52,460 bases of DNA from Thainema sp. (GTDB lineage Bacteria > Cyanobacteriota > Cyanobacteriia > Phormidesmidales > Phormidesmidaceae). Where the stretch lies: contig JBQLZK010000054.1 in assembly GCA_052168235.1 (NCBI GenBank), forward strand, positions 1 to 52,460, written 5' to 3'. Below are positions 39,194 to 51,040 of the stretch, piece after piece (positions within the stretch are counted from its first letter, which is position 1; the number at the start of each line of letters is the position of its first letter). Under the pieces are notes generated by a model that was given only the letters and a program-made list of their open reading frames with translations, was not told the DNA's origin and did no database searches. The position numbers and the translations under genes were made by a program.

Positions 39194-39673
39194 TTAGCGA
39201 TCGCGATCCCAGCGAAAAATTGCGCTTTGAATAAGCTGCAGGCGCGTTGCTTCAGGGGTGCGTTTTCGTTCGAATTCAATTAACCGATCAGCCATTGAGT
39301 GATCACCCGCTGCTCGACGCACGAGCTGTTGATAGGCTTGGCGTTCTAACCCACGGTTGGTATTGCCCAATCGACTCATAAACCACATAACGAGGCGAAC
39401 TGCCGCGACGACGAGTGGCACTAGGATTGCAGCCCAGAACAACCCGGCAGCCATCAAAAAGCCGCTCAGACAAACCAGAGCTGCGATCGGAATCATGTAA
39501 GCCCGCCACGCTGGCTGCTTGGCATAGCCTTCTTCACCGCGATCGGGCAAAAGATGGGCATACTGTGCTGCTTCAGACCAGCCCGTTCCTTTATCAGAGC
39601 CACACTCCGGACAGGCACGGGCCTTGAGCGGCACATCTGTCCCACAAACTGGGCAGGTAAAATACTCAGTCAT
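39194..39673 (-). CDS. Zinc-ribbon + membrane hypothetical protein
   Basis: CPVCG...CPECG, two TM segments, C-terminal 'ADRLIEFER...WDRDR'. Confidence 0.7.
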   Translation of the reverse strand: MTEYFTCPVCGTDVPLKARACPECGSDKGTGWSEAAQYAHLLPDRGEEGYAKQPAWRAYMIPIAALVCLSGFLMAAGLFWAAILVPLVVAAVRLVMWFMSRLGNTNRGLERQAYQQLVRRAAGDHSMADRLIEFERKRTPEATRLQLIQSAIFRWDRDR

Positions 39674-39931
39674 CCTGGTTTGATCCTTCAACGGGCAAAC
39701 AGCGATCGATCTGATATACAAATTGTCATCAGTAGATTATACAGAGAGCAAGATGGAAAGATCGCGAGGTAAAATTCGGTGTTCGCTGGGACAACGAGTT
39801 GACCAAGAATTTGAGAGTATCGTTTATCGCGTGATGACGAATAACGGGCTAGAGGAGACGGTCAATTATGCGGTGCAAAAAGCCTTAGTTGAACTGGTTA
39901 ATCGCAAAGAATATCTGAGTTGGCAATAAAT

Positions 39932-40852
39932 ATGATTATTAATATCCCTTCTTCTGAAGAATTCAAAGTCACAGGTATTTCCCTTTTAAATTTAGCGTGG
40001 GATCATGTATCTGCTCTCTATCTTGACCTTAAAGCATCAAATATGGCTGAATGGGACGACGATGGCGAAGTTACTAGTGAGATTTGGCAGGCAGCTCAGA
40101 AACCGCTTGCTAATGCTTTGGTACTTACTCAGCAAGGCATTGAATTCCTGCTTAAAGCAAGGATCTCAGAAATAAGTCCATTTCTACTTATTGATGGCAC
40201 ACCTAGAGACTGGCCTGGAAAGTGTCATGAGCATGATACTGCTTATTCGGATTTTCGCACGATCGATGCACAGGATCTTATTCGACTGCACGACACAGTT
40301 CAAAATCGACGTTTAGATGTCAGTTTCTGCCAACATGTTGAGGAGTTAAGAAAGATGCGGAATGCAATTATGCATTCTGTAGACAAGCGTTTACGACATG
40401 CACCTAGTGACCTTTGGAAAACGATACTTAGTGTCAGTCACAATCTACTTGGCCCACAAGAATGGATTGTACTTAGACAGAATTATTTGAAGAATACACC
40501 AAGTTATATCGCGCATGGTGGAGAAGAAGAAGTCATGGCTCAATTATCGTGGGAATGCCTTCAACTTCTAAAAATACTTAAACCAGCAGAAGCAAGAGAA
40601 TTCCTTGGTGTCGAATTAAAGAGCCGCTGGTACATTTGTAATAAATGTGCAACAGAATTAAGTGGTTATGACGATTTCCCAAAAACTGCACAGCTTAAAC
40701 CAAATGAGCCTACATCAACAAATCTTTATTGTTTTGTATGTAATCAAGAAAACCAAGTTATTCGAAAAGACTGTATAAAAGAGGACTGCAAAGGTAATGT
40801 GATTCACTCTGAAGATAATGTATGTTTAACGTGTTACGGAGCCCAAGCTTAG
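39932..40852 (+). CDS. Hypothetical protein with HEPN-like RxxxxH motif and C-terminal zinc fingers
   Basis: IEFLLKA, LRKMRNAIMH; CNKC, CFVC, CIKEDC, CLTC; AT-rich. Confidence 0.65.
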   Translation: MIINIPSSEEFKVTGISLLNLAWDHVSALYLDLKASNMAEWDDDGEVTSEIWQAAQKPLANALVLTQQGIEFLLKARISEISPFLLIDGTPRDWPGKCHEHDTAYSDFRTIDAQDLIRLHDTVQNRRLDVSFCQHVEELRKMRNAIMHSVDKRLRHAPSDLWKTILSVSHNLLGPQEWIVLRQNYLKNTPSYIAHGGEEEVMAQLSWECLQLLKILKPAEAREFLGVELKSRWYICNKCATELSGYDDFPKTAQLKPNEPTSTNLYCFVCNQENQVIRKDCIKEDCKGNVIHSEDNVCLTCYGAQA

Positions 40853-40930
40853 TAACATGTTAAAAAGGATTAGCACAACAACTTTGTTATTGCTGTGAAG
40901 TTTGGGTCATAAAAGCCACAGGTGAATATC

Positions 40931-41188
40931 ATGCTATCCCACGAACTGGCTCTCGCCGAACAAGCTAAAACTTGGAAGTTCTTAGAACTCTGGGTTGATC
41001 CAGTTCTCTTTCCGCCCAAAATCTTGATGCTGGTTGGCGATCAGGATGAATCTTGTCACATTTTCAACCCTGGTGCTAACTACAAATTGGTGGTTGCCCA
41101 CTCAGACTATGAAGCCGCAAGAGAATGGTTGCTTGAGGATGAATACGAGCGTGTTCAAGGCCAGCTTTTAGCAGAAGAAGTTTTTTGA
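40931..41188 (+). CDS. Small hypothetical protein
   Basis: Compact acidic ORF of about 85 aa (ELWVDP...WLLEDEYE). Confidence 0.6.
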   Translation: MLSHELALAEQAKTWKFLELWVDPVLFPPKILMLVGDQDESCHIFNPGANYKLVVAHSDYEAAREWLLEDEYERVQGQLLAEEVF

Positions 41189-41317
41189 TTTGCTGGTAGA
41201 TCGCGTTTTCTGATGGCTGCGATCGCACCTCTCACATCAAGTACTACTACTAGGTAAATACCTGATCAGAAGTGCGTTCAGCGTTGCTGTCTCGAAGAGA
41301 ATCGCAGGTTGGAGAAT

Positions 41318-43672
41318 TTAGGATTTAACGGTCTGGGTGAGATTGGGCTGTGATACTTTTACCTTGCCATTCACGACATATCCGCCTCGTTGATACTCCT
41401 CGAAACTAAAGGCGTCTACTTGGATGGCCTCGTTCCGCAGTTGCTCAGCTTCGCGTACCAGTTCCGCCTCTGCTTCGCTGATCAACTCTTTATCAAGAGC
41501 CAGATCCAGCAGTTGATCGGGGCGACCTTTGGGTAACTGGCCAGTGCGGCTGGCGGTTTTGATTTTCTGGAGGATCTGATCCGCTTCGTGGGCGGCGGCA
41601 AATGCCTGTTCGATGCGTCCTAGAGCTTGAGTTGGATCAGTGGGAATATGAATGCCTGCGGTAATGCGATCGCGGCTGTCCGATTGCCGTTGAAGTAGCT
41701 GAGCAACCTGATGTCCTAGCTCATCACTGGGAGGTTTGCCAATTGGGTTCAGGCGCATCCAGGGTAGGGCGATGCCGCGCAGGAGGAATGTTAAACCTGG
41801 GACATGCAGATTGTCGAGAATACCTTCAATAGCATCTTGAATTTGAGCAAAAGCATACTGAAGACTCCAGTGAACCAGCGGTCGGTCAGCCTGGGGTGAG
41901 CCTTCGGCCTCAAAACGGCGTAGGGTGGCGGTTGCCAAATACATCCAAGACAGCACATCGGCAAAGCGACCCGTGAGTTTTTCTTCGCGCTTCAGATTGC
42001 CGCCGTAGCTAAATAGCGTCAGGTCAGTCAGGAAGGCAAATAGCGCCGATGACCAGGCCAGCTTGCGGTAGTAAATCGCCGTTTCACCGGAGACTGGAGA
42101 TTTGGCGAAGCGAGCATGGGTTAGGGTCAAGAACTTGGCGCGGAAGCCGTTGCTGAAGAATGAGCCGAGATGTGCCCAGAAGGCTTTATCGAACGCTGCG
42201 ATGTCGTTACTGCTGAGCGCTTGAATTTCTTGATACACATAGGGATGGCAGCGGATGGCACCCTGACCAAAGATCATCAGCGTGCGGGTGAGGATATTCG
42301 CCCCTTCCACCGTGATCGCAATTGGCATCGCCGTGTAGATGTTAGCCAGCAGGTTGCGTGGCCCCCGACAGATGCCGGAACCGCCCATCACGTCCATACC
42401 GTCGATGACCACCTGCCGCGCGAGTTCCGTTGAGTTATACTTTGCGATCGCAGATACGACAGCAGGTTGTTCGCCTCCATCCACTGCGCCACAGGTATAG
42501 AGACGGGTGGCATCAATCATATAGGTGAGGCCAGCGATGCGCGCTAGGGGTTCTTCGACGCCGCCAAAGCGACCGATGGAGAGGCCGAACTGCTGGCGAA
42601 TGACGCTGTGGGCACCAGTGACTCTGGCGACCAGCTTGGCAACGCCTGTACCGCTGGCTGGGAAGCTAATCCCGCGTCCGGCAGCGAGGGACTGCATCAG
42701 CATCTTCCAGCCTTCGCCTGCTTGTTCCACGCCGCCAATAATGTGGTCAATTGGCAGCACCACATCATGACCTTCCGTGGGTGAATTGTAGAACGGTACA
42801 CCCATCGGATCGTGGCGCTGATTGATGATTACGCCTGGGGTGTGGGTGGGTACCAAGGCGCAGGTGATGCCGATATCTGTTCCCTTGCCCAGTAGCTTTT
42901 CGGGGTCGCGCAGGCGGAAGGCGAGACCGAGCAGGGTTGCGATCGCACCCAGGGTAATGTAGCGCTTCTTCCAGTTCAGCCGCATATAGAGCTGGCCGTC
43001 ATCGCCTTTGAAGACTTCACCGTGGGAGGTGAGGCTAGCGGCATCCGAACCCGCATTTGGTTCAGTCAGCGCAAAGCAGGGAATATCTTCGCCACTGGCC
43101 AGTCTGGGTAAGTAATGGCGCTTCTGTTCCTCAGTGCCGTAGCGCAGCAGCAGCTTAGCGGGGCCAAGGGAGTTGGTCACACCGACAGTGGCCACATGGG
43201 TAAACGAGCGGGAGGCCAGCTTCACCATCACAGCGCTGTAGGCTAAGTTGGAAAAGCCTAGCCCACCATACTCCTGGGGAATCATCATGCCAAAGAAGCG
43301 CTCTTGTCTCAGGTAGTCCCAGACCTCCGGCGGCAGGTCTTTGCGCTGGTAAATTTCCCAATCGGTTGCCATCTGGCAGACTTTTTCTACTTGATGGTCG
43401 AGGAATGCCTGTACGTCAGGTGGGACGGTCGGGTAAGACTGCGATCGCAATCGGTCGAAGTCAGGTCTACCTGTAAAAAATTCCTGCTCGACCCAAGCAT
43501 TTCCGGCTTCAATGGCTGCCCGCTCGGTGTCTGAAATCTTGGGCAGCAGGCGCATAGCGGTGATAGCTTTGACCAGCCAGCGGGTGATCAGGTTACGGCG
43601 CAGCCAGGGGATGAGCAGGATGCTGGTGAGCGCGCTGATGGTGATGAGGAGGGTAATGAGTAAGGCGAACAT
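41318..43672 (-). CDS. fadE: Long FadE-type acyl-CoA dehydrogenase
   Basis: N-terminal TM, LPKISDTERAAIEAG, NSLGPAKLL, CFALTEPNAGSDA, ITVEGANILTR, DUF1974-like tail. Confidence 0.93.
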   Translation of the reverse strand: MFALLITLLITISALTSILLIPWLRRNLITRWLVKAITAMRLLPKISDTERAAIEAGNAWVEQEFFTGRPDFDRLRSQSYPTVPPDVQAFLDHQVEKVCQMATDWEIYQRKDLPPEVWDYLRQERFFGMMIPQEYGGLGFSNLAYSAVMVKLASRSFTHVATVGVTNSLGPAKLLLRYGTEEQKRHYLPRLASGEDIPCFALTEPNAGSDAASLTSHGEVFKGDDGQLYMRLNWKKRYITLGAIATLLGLAFRLRDPEKLLGKGTDIGITCALVPTHTPGVIINQRHDPMGVPFYNSPTEGHDVVLPIDHIIGGVEQAGEGWKMLMQSLAAGRGISFPASGTGVAKLVARVTGAHSVIRQQFGLSIGRFGGVEEPLARIAGLTYMIDATRLYTCGAVDGGEQPAVVSAIAKYNSTELARQVVIDGMDVMGGSGICRGPRNLLANIYTAMPIAITVEGANILTRTLMIFGQGAIRCHPYVYQEIQALSSNDIAAFDKAFWAHLGSFFSNGFRAKFLTLTHARFAKSPVSGETAIYYRKLAWSSALFAFLTDLTLFSYGGNLKREEKLTGRFADVLSWMYLATATLRRFEAEGSPQADRPLVHWSLQYAFAQIQDAIEGILDNLHVPGLTFLLRGIALPWMRLNPIGKPPSDELGHQVAQLLQRQSDSRDRITAGIHIPTDPTQALGRIEQAFAAAHEADQILQKIKTASRTGQLPKGRPDQLLDLALDKELISEAEAELVREAEQLRNEAIQVDAFSFEEYQRGGYVVNGKVKVSQPNLTQTVKS

Positions 43673-43700
43673 GGTTGTACCTACAGGTTATCTGCGGGGT

Positions 43701-43822
43701 TGCCCTCACCCCCAACCCCTCTCCCACGGGGAGAGGGGAGCCGAGCTAGGGCTACTGGATAGGTTCGGAGAGGTTGCTAATTCTTGTTCCCTCTCCTGTG
43801 GGAGAGGGCTAGGGTGAGGGCA
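43701..43822. repeat. CCCTCACCCC...GGGTGAGGG cyanobacterial inverted-repeat element
   Basis: tgccctcaccc ... gggtgagggca termini, each followed or preceded by a ctctcc-N-ggagag sub-hairpin. Confidence 0.85.
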
Positions 43823-43823
43823 G

Positions 43824-45011
<1,188 letters not shown>

Positions 45012-45025
45012 GGTTCGGTTCCTCA

Positions 45026-47389
45026 TCAGTTCCTCAGCGGTTTCTTGGTTTTGAGCATGTGTAGAATGCGCTCTTTGGTCTTGGGTTCGTCAATCAGCGG
45101 CAGGAAGTTGTCGCGCTCTAGGCCCAGCAGATAGGCATCTTCAACCTTAGCGGGCGCGGTCAAGTCCCCACCTGTCAAGACATAGGCCAATCGCTCGGCC
45201 AGAGATTGATCAAACTCGCTGATATAGTGGCCTTCACGCATCACATAGGCCATGTGCTTCAGGATGGCCTGTGCAGGCTTGCCCAGTACCGGAATCGGTT
45301 CTACGACGGGGGCTTGATAGCCCAGGTTGTGGAGGCAGAGCACTTCTTGTTTTGCAGCGTAAAGTCTGCGATCGCTGTTCATGATCACCTTGGTATCGGC
45401 AGGCAAGAAACCTAGCTCCATTGCTTCGTAGGCGCTTTTGGCGACTTTGGCCATGCCGACGGTGGTGAACACATGCTTCAGGTACGGCAGAATATCGCTG
45501 GCTTCATCGGTCAACGCCTGATTCGCTGCCCAACGCGCCAGCCGCATTAGACCGCCGCCTGCCGGGATGAGTCCGACACCGAGTTCCACCAGACCAATGT
45601 AGGTTTCCGGATCGGCCACCACATGGGGACAGGCCATCGCGATTTCGCAGCCGCCACCCAGCGCCCGACCGTGAACCGCCGCCACGATCGGTTTGTGGAA
45701 GTAATACATCCGCTGCACGAGCTGCTGCATCTTATCGAGCAGCTTGGCGATGCCACTGTGGTTGCGGTTGAAGGGATTGAGGTTTTCCATCTGGGCCATC
45801 TTGCCGACTTCGGCCAGGTTGATGCCCACACAGAAGTTGTTGCCTTCATTACCCAGCACCATGCCTTTGGCATCATGTTCCTCTAGCCAATTCATGACCT
45901 CCTCTAAACCTTCAATCACCTTGCTGCTAAGGGTGTTCGCTTTGGAACGAAACTCATACAGAACGACACCATCACCGAGATCGAGCAATGCGGCTTCAGC
46001 GTTTTGCCAGAGTACGTTTTCGGGCTTCTGCTTAATCACATCCAGATGAATTTCATCGGTGGGATGCGGCAAGTCTAAATAGCGATCGCGGCTGGGCACA
46101 TACACCCGATCGTCTGCGTAGAAACCATCGGCCTTTGCCTGCTCCAGCGTCTTCACCCAGTCGGGGATAGTGTAGCCGTGCTTGATTAAATCCACCAGCA
46201 CCGTTTCAAAACCAATGGCGTCCCAGACCTCAAACGGGCCAAGCTCCCAGCCAAAGCCCAAGCGGATGGCTCGGTCAACGGCGGCGGGACTATCGGCGAT
46301 TTCTGGAATCCGGTTAGCGCTGTAGGCCAGCATGGCCAGAATCATCTCACGAAAGAAGTTGCCGCCCCGATTGCGATCGCGATATAGCTTCCGTAGCCGT
46401 TCTTTCAGATCACTAACCTTCTTGATGCTGTCGATATCGCCCAGCTTCAGCGGCTTTGCGGATTCGTACTCAAACGTTTTAGGATTTACGGACTTAATTT
46501 CGCCGTCCACTTTCTTGTAGAAGCCCTGGCGTGTTTTGGCTCCTAGCGTGCCCGTTTCCACCAGCTTGCGGAGCAGGTCGGGCACTTTGAAGGTTTCCCG
46601 CTGCTCATCGTCGGGAATGGCCGGATACAGGTTGTCGGCGACATACATCAGCGTGTCAAGACCAACCAGATCCGCCGTGCGGAACGTGCCGGATTTGGGG
46701 CGACCCACCAGCGCTCCCGTCATCTCATCAATTTCTTCAATCGTGTAGCCCTGGTCGGTAAAGGCTTTGATGCCCAGCATGGAGACGAAGACGCCGATCC
46801 GGTTGGCGATGAAGTTAGGCGTGTCTTTGGCGCACACAATGCCCTTACCCAGGTGCAGCCGCCCAAACCACTCCATGCGACCGAGAACGCTGGGACTGGT
46901 ATCAACCGTGGGAATTAGCTCCAGCAGCTTCAGGTAGCGGGGCGGATTGAAGAAGTGCGTTCCCAGGAAGCGCTGGCGGAAGGATTTAGATCGTCCTTCT
47001 GCGATCGCATTTACCGATAGTCCGCTGGTATTGGTTGAAATAACGGTCTCTTTGCCAATGGTGCGCTCAATCCGCTCCATCAACTGCTGCTTCACGGAAA
47101 GATTCTCGACCACAGCTTCAATCACCCAGTCCACATTGGCTAGACGGTCGAAGTGTTCATCGTAGTTACCGAGAATGACACGCTGCGCTGCTTTCGCGGT
47201 ATAAAAAATCGGTGGAGAGAGTTTCGTCGCTTTCTTAAAGGCGGTTTCAACTAGATCGTTTTTGTCGCCTGTGAGAGACGCCAGATCGAGCAGATGAACG
47301 GTCAGTCCCGCGTTTGCGAGATGAGCTGCAATCTGTGCGCCCATTACGCCAGCGCCTAAAACAGCAGCGGTGCGAAATGGTTTATACAT
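45026..47389 (-). CDS. 3-hydroxyacyl-CoA dehydrogenase / enoyl-CoA hydratase fusion (FadN-type order)
   Basis: [36 protein letters not shown]-terminal crotonase ALGGGCE and [11 protein letters not shown]. Confidence 0.93.
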   Translation of the reverse strand: MYKPFRTAAVLGAGVMGAQIAAHLANAGLTVHLLDLASLTGDKNDLVETAFKKATKLSPPIFYTAKAAQRVILGNYDEHFDRLANVDWVIEAVVENLSVKQQLMERIERTIGKETVISTNTSGLSVNAIAEGRSKSFRQRFLGTHFFNPPRYLKLLELIPTVDTSPSVLGRMEWFGRLHLGKGIVCAKDTPNFIANRIGVFVSMLGIKAFTDQGYTIEEIDEMTGALVGRPKSGTFRTADLVGLDTLMYVADNLYPAIPDDEQRETFKVPDLLRKLVETGTLGAKTRQGFYKKVDGEIKSVNPKTFEYESAKPLKLGDIDSIKKVSDLKERLRKLYRDRNRGGNFFREMILAMLAYSANRIPEIADSPAAVDRAIRLGFGWELGPFEVWDAIGFETVLVDLIKHGYTIPDWVKTLEQAKADGFYADDRVYVPSRDRYLDLPHPTDEIHLDVIKQKPENVLWQNAEAALLDLGDGVVLYEFRSKANTLSSKVIEGLEEVMNWLEEHDAKGMVLGNEGNNFCVGINLAEVGKMAQMENLNPFNRNHSGIAKLLDKMQQLVQRMYYFHKPIVAAVHGRALGGGCEIAMACPHVVADPETYIGLVELGVGLIPAGGGLMRLARWAANQALTDEASDILPYLKHVFTTVGMAKVAKSAYEAMELGFLPADTKVIMNSDRRLYAAKQEVLCLHNLGYQAPVVEPIPVLGKPAQAILKHMAYVMREGHYISEFDQSLAERLAYVLTGGDLTAPAKVEDAYLLGLERDNFLPLIDEPKTKERILHMLKTKKPLRN

Positions 47390-47434
47390 AGCGGTTTCCT
47401 CTGAAGTGCAGTGAGTGCTGAATAGATGGTGGAA

Positions 47435-47525
47435 CCCTCACCCCCGGCCCCTCTTCTCCTGCGGGAGAGGGGAGTCGAACCATTCTTTTCTTGTTTTCTT
47501 TTCTAGGAGAGGGCTAGGGTGAAGG
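47435..47525. repeat. Second, degenerate CCCTCACCCC-family element
   Basis: ccctcacccccggcccct...gggagagggg ... ggagagggctagggtgaagg. Confidence 0.8.
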
Positions 47526-47612
47526 ATTAGTATTGGTCTTGAAGTTAACCTCGTGGATGGATAAAAGGTGCGATCGCAGTTTGGAGTTGGTTCAAGATTG
47601 CGAAATGGGTAT

Positions 47613-47644
47613 TGTTGGGTTTCGCTCTGCTCAACTCAACCTAC
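47613..47644 (-). repeat. GTAG-type REP-like sequence
   Basis: Minus strand reads gtag-gttgagtt-gagcagagcga-aacccaac-a. Confidence 0.6.
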
Positions 47645-47673
47645 AGGTTTGGTCGAATAGACAAACTAATTCC

Positions 47674-47714
47674 GGCTCCCCTCTCCCTGAGGGAGAGGGG
47701 TTGGGGTGAGGGCA
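47674..47714 (-). repeat. Third, single-arm CCCTCACCCC-family element
   Basis: Minus strand tgccctcaccccaacccctctccctcagggagaggggagccg matches the left arm at 43701. Confidence 0.85.
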
Positions 47715-47718
47715 AACG

Positions 47719-49911
47719 CTAATGATGCAGAAGCGATTTAGCGTAGGTTGGGCAGGCAACAGCAGGCGTCGCAAAAGGTGTAGCTGATACATAGTCATCA
47801 TCGGCATCAGCCGCATCGGTCAGTAGCGGATTGGGAGTATAGAGCGACTGAATTACAGCGGCAAACTGTTCTGTCACCCAAGGTCGATTGACCGTGCCGT
47901 CTGTCTTTAACCCGCCGTTTTCAACGGATAGCTCCGCCTCGACAAGCGTGAAGCGGCGCACAGTTGACCAGTAGGGCAGGTGGCAATTGGCCTGATCAAT
48001 CAGTGCTTGATAGATTGCCAGCAAACGCGGATGGTTGAGCCAATTAACCTGCGTGCAGTCAATGCCCCATTCATCTGCTCCAGCCCTGAGCGCGTCAAGA
48101 TTAGGGAAGATCAACATACCGCAGAATTTTTGATTAGCTCCCACGGTGACGGCATGGTGAATTAATGGCGACTGGACGAGTTCCTGTTCTAGCGGCAGTG
48201 GTGAGACGTATTTACCCGTTGAGAGTTTGAATAAGGGCTTCTTTACGCCCGTAATTGTCAAGAATCCATCCTGATTAAGCTCACCCAGATCGCCCGTGTG
48301 GAACCAGCCCTCGTCAGTCAGTACCGACTGGGTACCGACCTCATCCTGGTAGTAGCCCTGCATGACAAACGGCGAGCGAATCAGAACTTCATCATCATCT
48401 GCGATCGCAGTTTCGACTCCGGCAATCGGTGCGCCAACGGTGCCTGCTCGGTTATGCGTAGCGCGGTTGTAGAATAGGACGCCGCTAGTTTCGGTTAAGC
48501 CGTAGCCCTGTAAAACGGGAATACCAGCAGCCGTGAACTGGTTCACCAGATCAGCTTGGATGGCTGCGCCGCCGCAAATTAGCGATCGCAGTTTTCCACC
48601 GAACGCTTCCCGCCATTTGGCGTAGACGAGGCGGTCGGCAAGCTGGAGCTGGAGTTTATACAGCCCCCGTGGAGCTTGGCTGACATCGAACCGCTGCGCT
48701 AAGCTCAAAGCCCAGTTGAAAATGGCGCGGTCAGAGCGCTTCAGCTTTTGGCCTCGGTCAATCAGCCGCTCGTGGATTTTCTCGATCAGGCGCGGCACTG
48801 TAATCATCACCGTAGGCGAGACGGTACACAGGTGCTTCACCAAATGGTTGGGATCAGACAGATAAACGCTGTGACCATAGGTTACGTGACCGTAGAAGAA
48901 GACCCGCGCAAAAATATGGGTCAGCGGCAGGAACAGCAGCGTGGTTTCTGCATCACCTCGCCCTAAATCTGGGAAGCTGGAAAACGCCGCTAATACATTA
49001 GCCGAAATATTTTCGTGAGTTAGCATCACCCCCTTTGGACGCTTGGTTTCACTGGCGATATAGATAATGCTTGCTAGGTCAGACGGTGCGATCGCAGATT
49101 TTAACTCCGCAATTTGCGCCGCTGACCCGCGAGCCTGCCCCCGCTGCTGAACTTCAGCCAGCGACATCAACTGCACACACTGCGGCAGCGACCACAACCA
49201 GCAGTCGGTGCCAGATTGGGACTCAATCTCCTCACACCCTTGGCCTGGAATCAGCGGATGGGGAATCCGGAGGCAGCTTTCCGGCGGCGGCAAGGACACC
49301 GCCTTAGCCGAGTCATCAGCCAGGGTGCTTACCCCCTGAACTGAAGTGAAATCGGGTGATTGGGCGGCTGAACCAGCCTGCTCAACCAGTTCAACAACGG
49401 GAGAGACATCCTGGAGCAGCCCCCGCTTCACCTGCCGCCAGTTCTCCCCCGTTTCCGCCACAATCACCCACTGCACCGTTGCCGCCTGCCCCAGATAGGG
49501 CAAGAGCTGATGCAGCAAGTCTAAATTGGAAATGACCAGCGCCTTCACGGCTGCATGTTGCAGCACGTAGATAATGTTTTCAATCGTCTGCGTCAGGTCA
49601 ATGGGCACGTCCACTAGCCCCGCTAGCAAACAGCCCATATCCACCGTGCAGAAGGAGACATCGCTGTGCATCACGAGCGCCACTCGGTCACCCTTCTCTA
49701 GTCCCGAATCCAGCAATCCCAAAGCCACCGTTTCAGTCGCCTGCCGAAAATCTTTGGTCGAAAGCACTTGCCAGCGGCGTTTTTGCCACTGATTCAGTGC
49801 CTGCGAATTAGGATTGCGATCGCAAGCTTCATCCAGTAGCGATGGCAGGGTTTGGCCCACAATGAGCTGACCTGGATCGGGTAATGTTTGATGAGAAGAT
49901 GCCCTAATCAT
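47719..49911 (-). CDS. Long-chain acyl-CoA synthetase-like AMP-binding protein with degenerate catalytic motifs
   Basis: PKGVMLTH, FLPLTHIF, VPRLIEK, QGYGLTET, WFHTGDLG, FKLSTGKYV. Confidence 0.88.
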   Translation of the reverse strand: MIRASSHQTLPDPGQLIVGQTLPSLLDEACDRNPNSQALNQWQKRRWQVLSTKDFRQATETVALGLLDSGLEKGDRVALVMHSDVSFCTVDMGCLLAGLVDVPIDLTQTIENIIYVLQHAAVKALVISNLDLLHQLLPYLGQAATVQWVIVAETGENWRQVKRGLLQDVSPVVELVEQAGSAAQSPDFTSVQGVSTLADDSAKAVSLPPPESCLRIPHPLIPGQGCEEIESQSGTDCWLWSLPQCVQLMSLAEVQQRGQARGSAAQIAELKSAIAPSDLASIIYIASETKRPKGVMLTHENISANVLAAFSSFPDLGRGDAETTLLFLPLTHIFARVFFYGHVTYGHSVYLSDPNHLVKHLCTVSPTVMITVPRLIEKIHERLIDRGQKLKRSDRAIFNWALSLAQRFDVSQAPRGLYKLQLQLADRLVYAKWREAFGGKLRSLICGGAAIQADLVNQFTAAGIPVLQGYGLTETSGVLFYNRATHNRAGTVGAPIAGVETAIADDDEVLIRSPFVMQGYYQDEVGTQSVLTDEGWFHTGDLGELNQDGFLTITGVKKPLFKLSTGKYVSPLPLEQELVQSPLIHHAVTVGANQKFCGMLIFPNLDALRAGADEWGIDCTQVNWLNHPRLLAIYQALIDQANCHLPYWSTVRRFTLVEAELSVENGGLKTDGTVNRPWVTEQFAAVIQSLYTPNPLLTDAADADDDYVSATPFATPAVACPTYAKSLLHH

Positions 49912-50711
49912 TACAGTTAAGAAGCGCTAATGACGTTTTCATGTTCATGGATGGCTAGAAATGTCCAACTATGCTTTGCAGCATGTTTAAACGATGCTTG
50001 ATTGAATTGACAAACTTGAACACAGATACCGTTAGTTTGATTTGAAAATAGAGAATATGATTCAATCAGCCAAGAAGGAGAAGAGCGGATTGATAGATAA
50101 GTTTGTATGAAGTTGTTGAGTACCTGTATTGGTTGCGATGCATCCTTTTGACGCTACCGACTGAAGCGACATACTGATGATTCAGATGAGTTATCAATAT
50201 GCATTCATGCAGTAACGAAAATGCTTTGCAAGCGTTCTATACTGCAAAGCACTAATAGACGAACGAATAGCTATGCACTAAACGTAACGCAGAGAATAAA
50301 TAATAGATAAATGGACAACCATTACAAAATCCACAAGGATTTCGTTTAGTTTCAATCAAGCTTCTGTAAAACATTATTTAGACGATCAAAGCCAGTCTGG
50401 GGGCAAAATTACGACGCCTAAATTTGTTTAGAGAATGCAAAAAGACAGCTTGCAGCGCGTTTAGCTTATCTTCAGTATAGCCCGCTACTTTTTGACTGCC
50501 CACAAATGATACGTACCGCAAATAAGTTTTGTAAATCAGCAGTAATTCATCTATTGTTAATTCTGACTTTAGGTAGATTTATTGATCGTTATCAGCAGAA
50601 CTCGTGTCATCCTAAAACGGCATTCTTTCACCTAGAGATACCGATAAGCCCGACAAAACAGCCACAGATTACAAAATATAAACATTCATCAACAAGTTAA
50701 TCATTTCGCCA

Positions 50712-50732
50712 AAATGTTCACAGTGAACATTT
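50712..50732. promoter_or_regulatory. Perfect 10-1-10 inverted repeat (operator candidate)
   Basis: aaatgttcac-a-gtgaacattt in the divergent fad/gdhA spacer. Confidence 0.5.
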
Positions 50733-51040
50733 GATAATAAGGTAGTGATCCCCAATTAACTGCCCCATAGTCAGTGATCCCCGGTTCGTGATCCCCATTT
50801 GCGATCGCAACTCCCTGCCCATCAGCTCACAGCATGAGTCAAAAATTGAGTGCTTCTCAATAGAGAATCCGTATTTTCTCCCGGAATTCTCTACGCTTGA
50901 TCTGTTGGGTTCGGAACTTCAGAAGGATGGATGATTGGCTAAGTATTTGAACCTAATGCAAGCCTAATTCAACTTCGATTCAGTAACTAAAAACATTCAA
51001 ACTATTTGATCAACTGTGATCAAAAAGGATGGAAATTCCT

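Noticed and set aside
50475..50488. NtcA site (GTA-N8-TAC) as an annotated feature
   Set aside because: The spacer is GC-rich and there is no correctly spaced TAN3T -10 box in either direction, so it could be a chance match.
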